DNA of 32,000 nt from Zygophlyctis sp. KS116 (GCA_054661495.1 BAAFSQ010000006.1:1-32000); one strand, 5' to 3'. Shown: positions 13,801 through 26,254, numbered from the stretch's first letter. The notes: generated by a model from the sequence alone, not told the origin. Numbers and translations: made by a program.

Positions 13801-15757
13801 TCGGGTCTTTTTCATACAATTTGGTAAAAATATCAAGACCAACTTTGCTTTTGACCTGATAATTAGTGGTTGGAAACATACTATGAAACTATGCTTTCGC
13901 TCAATTTTTTGCTCGAAAGGACCTCCTGGTCCCATCATGACAATTAGTATAGATCCCTCTCTGGGACAAACCTGTGTAGTTATATTCGGATGCATTAATT
14001 TGGCTTCTTGTAAGATCTTGAATATTAGTTTTAGATAATTACTTGCGTTAGAGACGCTGTATCGAAGTATTCTTCCCAGCACCAGTCATTGAGATTGATT
14101 TTCAATTCTTCTTTTTTAATATCCCGCAAAATATTCTCAAAATCTAATTGTAACAAGCTTCGTCTAATTAGAGCGTCTGATAAATTTGAAAATCTCTTGA
14201 ATTCTGATTGAAGCAAAGTACTCTCCCGATGAGCTGCTAGACCATCTTCTAAGCCTCTTTTTAGAGCAAGGTCAACAAAATTCTGAATTTTTCTCATTGG
14301 AAACCTTGTTTGTATATTAGTCAAAAGCTTTTGAAGATCAAGACCAAAAAATGATGAAGCGTTTACTTCTTCAATATTCAAAGTATGTTTATCTCCATAT
14401 CTTATGATATTTCTAAGTAATTAATGAAATCAAATACAATGATTTTTTGGGAGTCGCTTGTTCAATTTTTTCGTTTGACGCATCCATGGTGATTGATAAC
14501 TTTTTCATTGCTTTTCCAAAGTATTCTGAAATATCTGCAGCTTCTTCTGGCACAATCAAATGTTCATTTTCCGGAGTTTCTTCTCTTAAAGCCACAGATC
14601 TGCTAACTTGCTCCAAAAGAACAGCCAAAACCAAATCCTCAGTAACTGCACTCTGATTCTTGACAGAATTTAACAAACTGTCATAATATCTTAGATCACT
14701 TCTAATTTCCTTTACGTTTTCGATCACAGGAACATCCAAATACGTTTCTTTTCCGTAATATGCATAATAAACTTTTCTTTGGCTTATCAGTGAATATATT
14801 TTTGCAGCAATTTTATTCTGTAATTCTTTGACATCTTGAGATTCTGCATTTTCCAAATGAGTCCAAATCGTATTCGCCCAAAGAGATAAATCAGAAGCAT
14901 GTAGGCACAATTTTTTCAGTGCCAAAAAATTGGAATTTGTGCTACTATCTGGATCAGTTTTGTTACTCTCTAAAAGAGTTATTATTGTATTAATTTGAAT
15001 GGCGTGATTTTCCTGAAGTATTGAGAAAACACCTACAGAGTCAAAATCTTTTAAAACTATGTAAGTATCAGGACCATCTACCGGCTCATCATTAATAGAC
15101 TGAACTTTTTCTGTTTTCCCACCAACCCGATCTCTTAGCTTATCCTTTCGCTGCGAATCATTTGGTTTAGAATCTCCTCTTGCTGGGGGCGCTATAATAT
15201 TAATAGAAGTAATTACTTTTTGTTAAAATCGGTTTCTTTTGCAATGGGGTTTTTGCTCTTTCTTCCTTCCTTGATCCTTTCTCTGTAACCTCATCTGAAC
15301 CAGATTGTTTCCCAAATTTAGCATCTAAACCTTCTGCTCTTGAGAGCAACAGCCATAATTTGATTAATTTAGCCATCAATTCATCGGAGATTGGCTCCGA
15401 TGAATCCAAACAATTTTTTGTATCTTTACATATATCATAAGACTTTTGATTGTCAACTGCCTTTAAGATAAGTTAAATAGTAGATATGTTACCCATGAAA
15501 CAAGTTCATTTTTGTCTAGAACAGAAAATCTTGCTCTATATCCACTATTTAATGCCTCATACAGATTGGCCCAGCGTATTCCATTTCCTGCCTTGGCTGA
15601 TTGATCTTGAGGCCGATTATCTGCTGAGTATAATACGAATAAAAACGTTTCCCAAGATTCCTATCCTAAATACATACAAATATACATCATTTAAAATATA
15701 TCCCTCTAGATCACTATCTTTGGGAGGAATAGAAGGCATCTTCTGACTTGTACCCAT
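10889..15757 (-). CDS. SPAG17: SPAG17/PF6-like axonemal central-pair protein (~1506 aa, 14 exons)
   Basis: 13 introns: 15661-15685, 15461-15492, 15192-15216, 14413-14437, 14017-14042, 13856-13881, 13626-13656, 13326-13353, 12799-12824, 12266-12288, 11696-11722, 11604-11632, 11293-11317. Together they give a 4521-nt in-frame CDS. Motifs: DEPVDGPDTYIV, PRLFAVRKDGSGTELLR, and C-terminal ASH/PapD-like FGVLLEG..Y..NVG..RFRI..YRKGPVAPGM. Confidence 0.85.
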
Positions 15758-15779
15758 TTTCGGACTTTTTCTTCTTTCC

Positions 15780-15787
15780 TGACGTCA
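15780..15787. promoter_or_regulatory. CRE/ATF-type palindrome TGACGTCA in the divergent promoter of SPAG17 and the LRR gene
   Basis: Exact TGACGTCA 22 nt upstream of the SPAG17 ATG in AT-rich DNA; function inferred only. Confidence 0.35.
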
Positions 15788-15978
15788 CACGAATCCATCA
15801 GATTCTTAATGAACTCTGCGATTCCTTAAATGAACCATGATGCGATTACTCTTATTGCTATTTATGAGTATGTCCGATAATCGCCAACAGGAAAACGTCC
15901 GTAACTTTTCCTCCGAAGAATTAAATTCATTAATTCTATTATTGCTGCAAAAATATATCCATCATTGAATATTTAAGT

Positions 15979-17705
15979 ATGGATGCTAATCAAGCGAATG
16001 CGGACTATCAAGACTTGTCTAAACATCAAGAGGTATCATCTGCAAGCCGAAATATGAAACTGGTTGATATATTAGACCATGAAATAGGATATACTGTCTC
16101 TTTTCTTGTTAGCGACAAAGAAAATATTGTTGCGAATGGAGCATTCTCTGGTATGCGCTATATTATAAATTTAGATTCTTTTTTGCATATGGACACTGGC
16201 ATAAACGAGCAACAATCGAAAGCATTAACGGAATCAAAATTATCGCCTGATGTCAGTTGCTGTGAAGATTTTCTAATATCAGGACATGGGGAATCTATTT
16301 ATCGTGATGATAGAGATATGTAAGTGCCGGCACTTAAAGTATAGAAACGACTCAACCATTCGCGATCTGATTGTGGAGCCCAAAAAACTTAGCCTTAGAA
16401 ATACCATGTAATTTATTATACTCTTTTCATGCATAAGTCTTGATGATTCTTCTGAAGTTGCACTTTTAAAACACCTTACTATTCTTGATTTATCATGTAA
16501 TAGACTGACTGACCTTTCTGGGCTAAGTAATCTAGTACTATTGACAGATTTGAATTTGTCTGAAAACATGATCACTAACCTGGATCCAATAAAACACTTG
16601 ACAAATCTCCAAAAAATAGACGTTTCGAGTAATTGTATCAAAGAATTGAATTTTGAAAATGTTCAATATAATCAATTGATAGATGCACAGTTTTCCAAGA
16701 ATCAGATTTCAATAGTTTCTGGAATGAATGTATTATCAGAATTACAAAGTTTGAATCTAAGTAAGTGTGTTTAATTAATCAACAGATAATAATGCCATCA
16801 AAAATATTTCTCTTGACTCACCAATTCAGCATTTGAAAATATTTTCACTAAGATCGAATAACATTGAAATTTTGGAAGTGCATTATTTCCCAAATTTAGA
16901 AATCTTGGATGCTGGAGAAAACTGCATTTCATCCCTTATAATCTCGCAAGAAATGATTAATCTTACTACAGTAATCCTTGACCGACAACTCTCTTCATCA
17001 TTGTAAGTCAATCACCACTCTAAACCACTAGTACTTTTAATTTCTCAAATTGCCCAAATCTCTTAAACTTGGATTTATCCAACAATGCAACTATTGGCAG
17101 TCTGGAAGGAATACCTTCTTCTACAACAAATTTACGTATCAGTAGCTGCTCACTTTCAGATCTTAATGACTGTTTTAATCTGAAAAATCTAATTTCTCTT
17201 GATGTATCTGATAATAATCTTTCAGAAATTTCTGCATTGGTGGATTGCAGTAGATTACAAAATCTAAATTTACAACATAACCAAATCAATAATATTTATT
17301 TGCTTCTGCGCATTGTTAAAAAATGCCCTAATTTACTAGATTTGGATGCTCGGTAAGTTCTCAACTTGTCTAAATAAAAGATTCAATCCTATAAATCATG
17401 AATTCTATTCTTTGCATGGATCTGATGATGATTATGTTCAAAATTCTAATGATCAACTTATTGTAAAGAGAATTTGTTATCGGAGCCTTTTGACTCATTA
17501 TTCCAATCTCTATCGTTTAGATGGATTAGAGATATCTCTTGAAAATAGAAAATCTTCAAGTCGTCATGTCACAAAATTCAAAAAAGCAATGTACTGCGTG
17601 ACTACAATGTCTGAAAATCTTTTCCAAGACTGGAATTCAGAATGTAAACCATTACTCTTTGAAAATCCAAATGATTTCTTTATTATTATACCGGATCAAA
17701 TCTAA
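15979..17705 (+). CDS. Leucine-rich-repeat protein (~529 aa), Nud1/Cdc11 (SPB/centrosome scaffold)-like
   Basis: Introns 16320-16344, 16408-16437, 16761-16785, 17003-17031 and 17353-17380 keep frame. Many LxxLDLSxN repeats. C-terminal LDAR/FNPINHEFY...KRICYRSLL..LYRLDG resembles the Nud1/Cdc11 LRR cap. Confidence 0.7.
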
Positions 17706-17707
17706 AT

Positions 17708-18134
17708 TTAAATAATTTTTGGAGCCATCGAGATGACTTTAGCCCATCTCTTTTGCCTACATTCTTCTGATACAACTCCCAAAATTCTATTTCCAATTGG
17801 CTGACCTTGTTTATTGAGCATGACGACTGCATTATCATCAAATGAGACAACTGACCCATCCCATCTCTTTGAGTCTCCCTTTGTTCTTACTACCAATCCT
17901 CTTAGCACATCTCCTTTTTTCAGTTTTCCTGCATTAGCGGTTCCTGATGATGACGATCCTTCGACAATCGGCCGAGCCTTTTTTACTACACAAACTATTT
18001 CATCTCCCATAACAGCAGCCCTTGATTTCCCAATGACATTAATACATTCTGCCAACAATGCACCAGAGTTATCAATGACCTGATATGATTAAAGAGCAGA
18101 ACATTACCTTGAGAATCGTCTTTAACTGAATCAT
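17708..18134 (-). CDS. MRPL38: Mitochondrial ribosomal protein uL14m (132 aa)
   Basis: MIQLKTILK/VIDNSGA..ECI, GDEIVCVVKKARP, FDDNAVV, PIGNRILG; 28-nt intron 18080-18107. Confidence 0.93.
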
Positions 18135-18208
18135 TTTCCACTCCCCCTACCCGTCCGCCACTACCCATCTACAACAACTACCCAGCTAAAACAAATTTGA
18201 CAGACGAA

Positions 18209-18771
18209 ATGACTGCTGCTAATGACCAAGACAGCGATCGCCTTAAAGAACAGTTAGAACAAGAGTCACTTCCATACTCTTGGAAGCAAACTCTTCCTGA
18301 AGTAGATATAACCATCAAAGTAGATAAAACTGTCCGATCAAGAGATTTAAAGATTGTTATTAAAAAAGACTTTTTGTCTGTTGCTTGTAAAGGAGAAACT
18401 ATTATGCAAGGAAAACTGTCAAAGCCAATAAAGACTGATGATTGTACTTGGACTCTTGAATCTGGTGAAATTCTAATTCATTTAGAAAAGTTTAATGGAA
18501 TGGAATGGTGGGCTCATGTATTAGAAAGTGATCCTAAAATGTAATTATTTTATATTAAAAACAAAGTGATACCACAAAGATTCAACCTGAAAATTCTAAA
18601 TTATCAGATTTAGATGGTGAAACTAGAGCCATGGTTGAAAAAATGATGTTTGATCAGCGTCAAAAATCAATGGGTTTACCAACATCAGAAGAAGCTAAAA
18701 AGGCAGAAATCCTACAAAAGTTTCAACGGGAACATCCGGAAATGGATTTTAGTAAAGCAAAGTTTAGTTGA
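18209..18771 (+). CDS. nudC: NudC nuclear distribution protein, short fungal type (~178 aa)
   Basis: YSWKQT p23/CS domain, EWWAHV, then after intron 18541-18566 [34 protein letters not shown]...[11 protein letters not shown]. Confidence 0.95.
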
Positions 18772-18797
18772 GAAATTTTAATACATCTTTGATAAAA

Positions 18798-19056
18798 ATG
18801 ACTCGTCAGTTGACTGCAGATGATATTATACAAGAAATGCAAAAGGCTCAGACATCTGAGCAATTTTCTTTATTAATGGGATCAATCCCTTCTAAATGCT
18901 ATGAGAAGTGTATTACAAAACCATCTAAATCTCTCAGTTCTTACGATCAGGTAAAAGTACTAAATCTAATGCTAGAATTGTGTATTGTCTTGTGCAGATA
19001 TATATATTGAAGCCTGGAATGTTGTGTCTAATGCGATTCAATCTAGAGCTGAATAA
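18798..19056 (+). CDS. TIM13: Small Tim chaperone, Tim13-like (77 aa)
   Basis: Twin CX3C (CYEKC...CVLSC) across the 25-nt intron 18951-18975, followed by YIEAWNVVS. Confidence 0.85.
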
Positions 19057-19252
19057 ATCATGACAATTTACTTATGCATTTGTTTGAGTTGAGATGGCGT
19101 ATAATGCGATCAGTGACGGATCATCAAGGATCAGTGACCGCTCATCAATGATCAACAATGCAAAGATGTACGAGTAATGCAACAATCGAGTATTCATACG
19201 ATGGATACATAGAAGAGACGAGGCGGCAAGACATTAACCTTGGCTTCAACGC

Positions 19253-19898
19253 ATGAGTCGTCACAGAGCAGTGCGTGGAAACTGGCAGGAAGAGGTTGAT
19301 GATGATGGATTTGAATGGGAAGTCAGCCATGTCTCAAAAATGGTTCCAGGAGCTGATGCGGACTGGATTTTAGAAACTTTGGAGTATTATAATGGAGATA
19401 CAGAAGCTACAATTGAATATCTAAGAAAGGAAATAGGTAATACTTGATCGGTAATCTTTAGGATATGGTAAGAAATTTAAAGAGGATTTTGTTTGGGAAA
19501 ATGATGTATTAATTGTACCGTATGATTCGGAAATGCTAAATGTGGTTTTTACTGATATGGATAAGACTGATGCAAAGACTGAAATTAAACAATTGGGTAA
19601 ATTACCAGAGTCTTGTAGGCCTCAAAATTCTCTAAAGGCGGATACAAAAGTGGATTTGTTACAATTGGCTAGTAAAGCATCAGAATCCAGAGTTAAATTT
19701 GGTGATTTATTATCAAGATCCAAATCAAAACAACAAGCATCATCAATGTTGTTGAAAGAAAAATCTAGTCAGGTGGATGTGATTTGGTCTAATAATTCTA
19801 AACATAAAATAGCTAAACCTTCTGCTTTTGCTTTGCTAATCACGACTAATTCAAATGATAATCTATCAGACAAGTTTAAGAATCAATTAAATATATAA
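19253..19898 (+). CDS. Predicted short Ski7-like isoform of the HBS1 locus (~206 aa, no GTPase domain)
   Basis: Exon 2 reads in frame ~100 codons into the long intron to TAA at 19896-19898 and includes [11 protein letters not shown], which resembles Ski7-like isoform motifs. Confidence 0.6.
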
Positions 19899-21674
19899 AT
19901 ACAGTAAGCATTATTAAAATTAATTATAGTCTTTTTTCTTTTTGATTTCCTCGAATCCAAATATTTTTGTCGCTTTATTTTTACTAACTGTAATAGAGGA
20001 AAAAGTTCAAGTTTCAAACTCTCAGAAACAGTCATCTTCAAAGCCTGTAGAAAAAATTAAACAGAAAAAGGTTAAAGAAGTCGTCCAGGAAGAGTTAAGG
20101 ACTGCTAATGAACAAATTAATTCTGATATGCTGGCATTGGGTTTAGAATCAAATATATTACCAAAATTTACACAGGCTATTTCACAGAAAAATAGGAATA
20201 GACTGGATATGCAAATAGAAGCCGAAAAAAGGAATAAAGAAAAGGCTAGATTAAATATAGTTGTTATTGGTAAGTACGTTTGGTAGATTCTTATGATAGG
20301 GCATGTGGATTCAGGTAAATCAACTCTAATGGGGCATTTGTTATATAAACTGGGAAAAGTCTCTGACAGGACAATCAAAAAGTTTGAAAAGGACGCCCAA
20401 TTAATGAGAAAGGGATCATTTGTTTTCGCTTGGGTCTTGGACGAAACTGATCAAGAACGGTCAAGGTATGTAAAAATACTGATTTTTAGAGGTGTTACTG
20501 TAGATGTTGCAATGAATGAGTTTGAGACTGATCACTTAAAGTTTACTCTTTTGGATGCACCTGGACACAAGGATTTCATTCCAAATATGATAAATGGTGC
20601 TACACAGGTTTATTATTATAATCTAAATGAACTTAGGCCGATGTCGCTCTATTAGTAATCGATGGCTCTTCTGGAGGTTTTGAGTCTGGATTTCATTTGG
20701 GAGGACAAACTAGAGAACATGCTATTCTTGTAAAGTCCTTGGGGGTTGTCCAATTAATTGTTGCTATAAATAAGATGGACATGGCTGGATGGTCTCAAAG
20801 TAGATTTGATCACATTTGTGGTACATTATTGCCATTTTTGAAGCAAATCGGGTTTAAGAAGGATCAAGTTTTCTTTGTCCCAGTTTCAGGATTCAAAGGT
20901 GATAATATCATTGAGCCGTCAGAGAATATGACAAGCTGGTATACGGATGGGACTCTACTGCATTATTTAGACAACTTGATGGTTCCAAAGCGTGATATTT
21001 CTAAGCCTTTTCGAATGCCCATCAATGACGTTTTCAAAAGTGGAATGGGAGGAGGAATTTTGCTTGATGGGAGGATTGAATCAGGCTCCATACAAATTGG
21101 TGATTCTGTTTGTGTGCGGCCGATTAATGAACTTGGAATAGTTAAAGGTAATTGCATTTTTCATAATTAAAGCTATCGAATTGGGAGGGTTGGACTCCGC
21201 TGAATGGGCCATGGCTGGTGACCATGTAAATTTGACATTATCAGGTATAGACCCCGAGAAGCTGAGGTATATAAAGTACATATTCATCATAGCACGGGAA
21301 ACATGCTTTGCGATCCCAATAATTTGGTTCCTGTATCAAGTTTGATATCAGTACAAGCTTTAACACTTGATCTATCCGTGCCTATAACGCTTGGATTCCC
21401 GATACTTTTGCATCATCAGCAAAGAGCTGAACCAGCTATTATCTCTAAATTGATTGGCATCCACGACAAGAACAGCGGAAAGCTTCTTAAATCTAATCCT
21501 CGTGTTGTTGGTAGTCAAAGTTTATGTACTATTCAGGTCAAACTTATCGACCGACCAATATGCGTTGAAACATACGAAGCAGTCCGAGAGCTAGGACGGG
21601 TAACTCTTAGAAGTGGCTCTGAGACAATTGCTGTTGGAAAAGTATTATCAATCGATGACGCTCAAAATACATAA
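19253..21674 (+). CDS. HBS1: Hbs1 translational GTPase (~620 aa, long isoform)
   Basis: MSRHRAVRG start, HBS1_N-like [62 protein letters not shown]. Introns: 19437-19461, ~19597-19996 (donor inferred), 20270-20299, 20466-20489, 20608-20636, 21148-21172, 21267-21292. Confidence 0.93.
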
Positions 21675-21729
21675 AAATTCTTAACTTTAAGCCTTTATAT
21701 TACGCGATTCAGCATGACCACTCAAAAGT

Positions 21730-23923
<2,194 letters not shown>

Positions 23924-23947
23924 TTTTTTTAAAAAGCTTAACCCTCC

Positions 23948-24015
23948 AACACGCGTGTTTTGCTTTGACTCTCTTGTATTCCATGACAATTCACTGACAA
24001 TACCATGACAATTCA
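23948..24015. promoter_or_regulatory. BiP promoter elements: 12-bp palindrome and 13-bp direct repeat
   Basis: AACACGCGTGTT at 23948-23959; CCATGACAATTCA at 23981-23993 and 24003-24015 with a third TGACAAT between them. Confidence 0.45.
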
Positions 24016-24021
24016 TTGAAA

Positions 24022-24661
24022 TCAAGAGTCTTTACTTGTAGTCTTTATAGACTCTGGAAGTGAAACAGTCACACCTGCTCCAGTTTGTTCCCTAATAATT
24101 TTAAAAAAATAATAAATACCAAGGAGAGGCATTATCAAAATTTCTAAATGCTTGAGCTAATTCCAAAGGCTCAGAAACTACTCTCTTTTTTTCATCATCA
24201 TAACGTACTTCCACATATCCAGTTAATGGAAAATCTTTACGTAATGGATAACCTTCAAACCCATAGTCTGTAAGAATTCTACGCAAGTCTGGATGTCCAG
24301 TAAAGAATATTCCATACATATCATACGCTTCTCTTTCAAACCAGTTTGCTCCAGAGTATAGGCTAGTAATGGATGGAACTGGAGAGACTTCAGAAGCAAA
24401 AGTCTTTACTCTTATTCTAGTATTATATCTAACAGAGAGTAAATTGTATACTACTTCAAATCTATGAGCTCTTCCAGGATAGTCTACTCCAGCTATATCC
24501 ACAATTTGAGAAAATAAAAGACTAGAAGAATATTTTAAAAATGATAATGTTGGTAATAGACCTGAAGGTGGAACATAAAGGACTAATTCATCCTTTACAA
24601 GAGTAGTTGACTGAATATACTTTGGTAGACATTGTTTGATATGTTTTGCTAATTCCAACAT
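24022..24661 (-). CDS. NDUFS3: Complex I 30-kDa subunit (NDUFS3/NuoC/Nad9 family, 203 aa)
   Basis: [57 protein letters not shown]; 28-nt intron 24092-24119 gives SPW/EQ. Confidence 0.96.
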
Positions 24662-24689
24662 TTTCCAATAATTTTTTCTTTTACAAGAA

Positions 24690-25241
24690 ATGACTGATAA
24701 GAGTCCTGATCCTGTCGCTCATGATCTTTCTAGTAATCATTGCCAATCTATTGATACAAGCAATACAAACAATACAAGTGATCAAACAAGACTGATCCAG
24801 TCAAACGTTGGCTTCCTCTATCCATATGGTTTAGAAAATAAAAATGTATTCTGGCCTGCAATGATTATTCCAGAATGGCAAATTGATTCTTCTCTTCCTA
24901 AAATTCAATCTAATGAAATGTTACTACAGTTTTTTGAAAAAAAAGTTGCTGTTGTTTTAAAATCTGATGAAACATTTATCCGTTGGGACTCTTGTATTGA
25001 ACCATTCAAGAGTTTTGTAAACACATATATAAACCATAAAACTTCTTATATTAGGAAAGCAGCCATATTTATGAAATCAGGAAGTATTGATCAGTGTCTT
25101 AAATGGAAAATATGGAAGGATTTATCAATTCAAAATATAAATATATCTAGAAATCCACTTAAAAGGAAATCTAGGAGTCAGACTATTGAAAGTGATTTGT
25201 CTGATTGGACAGATGCGTCTTCACTCGTGTCTATAGACTAA
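24690..25241 (+). CDS. Small protein with a PWWP/Tudor-like motif and basic NLS-like tail
   Basis: 183-aa ORF with AAATG start; VFWPAMII...LLQFFE spacing typical of PWWP-like domains; PLKRKSR. Confidence 0.5.
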   Translation: MTDKSPDPVAHDLSSNHCQSIDTSNTNNTSDQTRLIQSNVGFLYPYGLENKNVFWPAMIIPEWQIDSSLPKIQSNEMLLQFFEKKVAVVLKSDETFIRWDSCIEPFKSFVNTYINHKTSYIRKAAIFMKSGSIDQCLKWKIWKDLSIQNINISRNPLKRKSRSQTIESDLSDWTDASSLVSID

Positions 25242-25331
25242 TAATTTTACTATTTTACATTTTCTACGTTCATTATACAATATATATTACCAGTCTACAC
25301 TTACCTCTACAGGGAATAAGAGTGTGTGAGG

Positions 25332-25433
25332 GTAAGCAGAGTGTAAGCAGAGGGTTGATTTTGCACTAGAATTTCTTAGTAAATCGCTTAAGAATTTCTT
25401 TAAATCTCTTGGTAAATCGCTAAAGAATCTCTT
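25332..25433. repeat. Short imperfect direct repeats upstream of uS7m
   Basis: GTAAGCAGAG x2, AGAATTTCTT x2, GTAAATCGCT x2. Confidence 0.55.
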
Positions 25434-25442
25434 GAAAGAAAA

Positions 25443-25976
25443 ATGTTTAGACTAAAATACTTTTCTACAGTCTCTCAATCAATCACAAACCAGATCAACA
25501 AACCTGCAATTGGAATATCTCATAATATGCAAAATGTCAATGATCAGTTTATAAATTTACTCATGAAGGATGGGAAAAAGGCTAAAGCTACTGCATTAAT
25601 TCTTGAAACTTTAAAAGTTTTAAAATCTACCTTTCCTAATGAATCTCCAACTGATCTATTGAATAAAGCAGTTGCAAAGGCATCGCCTCTCTTGAAATTA
25701 GTATCACAGAAAAAAGGATCAAAATCAGTACAACTTCCGACTCCTCTGACATTGCGTCAACAGAGAAGATTTGGAATAATGTGGATTATTCAAGGGGCGC
25801 AAAAGAGGCAAATTACTGATAAGAAATTAAAATATACCTTTGGGACAAGATTGGCTCAGGAAGTAATTGGAGTTTTACAGGGATCTTGTTTTTCGATTGA
25901 TAAAAAGAGGGAATTATATAAACATGCCTTGATGAATAAGGCAAATATAGTCATGAATCCACTCGTTAAAAAATAA
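25443..25976 (+). CDS. RSM7: Mitochondrial ribosomal protein uS7m
   Basis: FINLLMKDGKKAKA, P.PL..RQQRRFGIMWI, RLAQEVI, KKRELYKHALMNKAN; presequence-like MFRLKYFST. Confidence 0.9.
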   Translation: MFRLKYFSTVSQSITNQINKPAIGISHNMQNVNDQFINLLMKDGKKAKATALILETLKVLKSTFPNESPTDLLNKAVAKASPLLKLVSQKKGSKSVQLPTPLTLRQQRRFGIMWIIQGAQKRQITDKKLKYTFGTRLAQEVIGVLQGSCFSIDKKRELYKHALMNKANIVMNPLVKK

Positions 25977-25991
25977 AAAAAATAAAATTTA

Positions 25992-26228
25992 CTATTTAGA
26001 TATAGAGTCCCAATCTACGGATTTTGAATATCTGGAATTGAATTTCTCTAATTCTAGACTGGTTTTTTGAGCATTTCCTAGTAAAGATGGATTCCAAAGG
26101 GGAGAATTAAAGGGATCCTTGACTAGTCTATACACAAGACGAGGAGATGTGGATTTAAAAGTGATGCTAGAGCCTTGAGTTGTAATAATGGAGCAAGGAA
26201 AGGTTCTAGGAGTGCAATTGATCTTCAT
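25992..26228 (-). CDS. MRPL36: Mitochondrial ribosomal protein bL31m-like (78 aa)
   Basis: GSS..STSPR..RLVKDPFNSPLWNPS...LEKFNSRY matches the fungal bL31m pattern as recalled. Confidence 0.75.
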   Translation of the reverse strand: MKINCTPRTFPCSIITTQGSSITFKSTSPRLVYRLVKDPFNSPLWNPSLLGNAQKTSLELEKFNSRYSKSVDWDSISK

Positions 26229-26254
26229 TTTTTCTATATTTTTAGGGTTTTATG

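Noticed and set aside
10889-15757. Chains of short same-strand ORFs suggesting pseudogenes, programmed frameshifts, an operon or a reassigned stop codon
   Set aside because: Each break coincides with a GT...AG segment of 23-32 nt whose removal restores frame and family motifs. TAA, TAG and TGA all end real genes in this window.
19938-19964. LFDFLESK in frame with the Ski7-like extension, recalling PFDF
   Set aside because: It lies behind two in-frame stops, I found no plausible 3n intron removing them, PSPDD is missing, and T-rich DNA yields FDF by chance
24649-24684. Possible 36-nt intron adding an upstream NDUFS3 exon
   Set aside because: Purine-rich, longer than the other tiny introns, would delete a good AAAATG start, and the upstream frame hits a stop without an ATG
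23981-25433. Short direct repeats as a CRISPR array or transposon termini
   Set aside because: Only two to three 10-13 nt copies with no regular spacers, no transposase or cas genes, and a eukaryotic context
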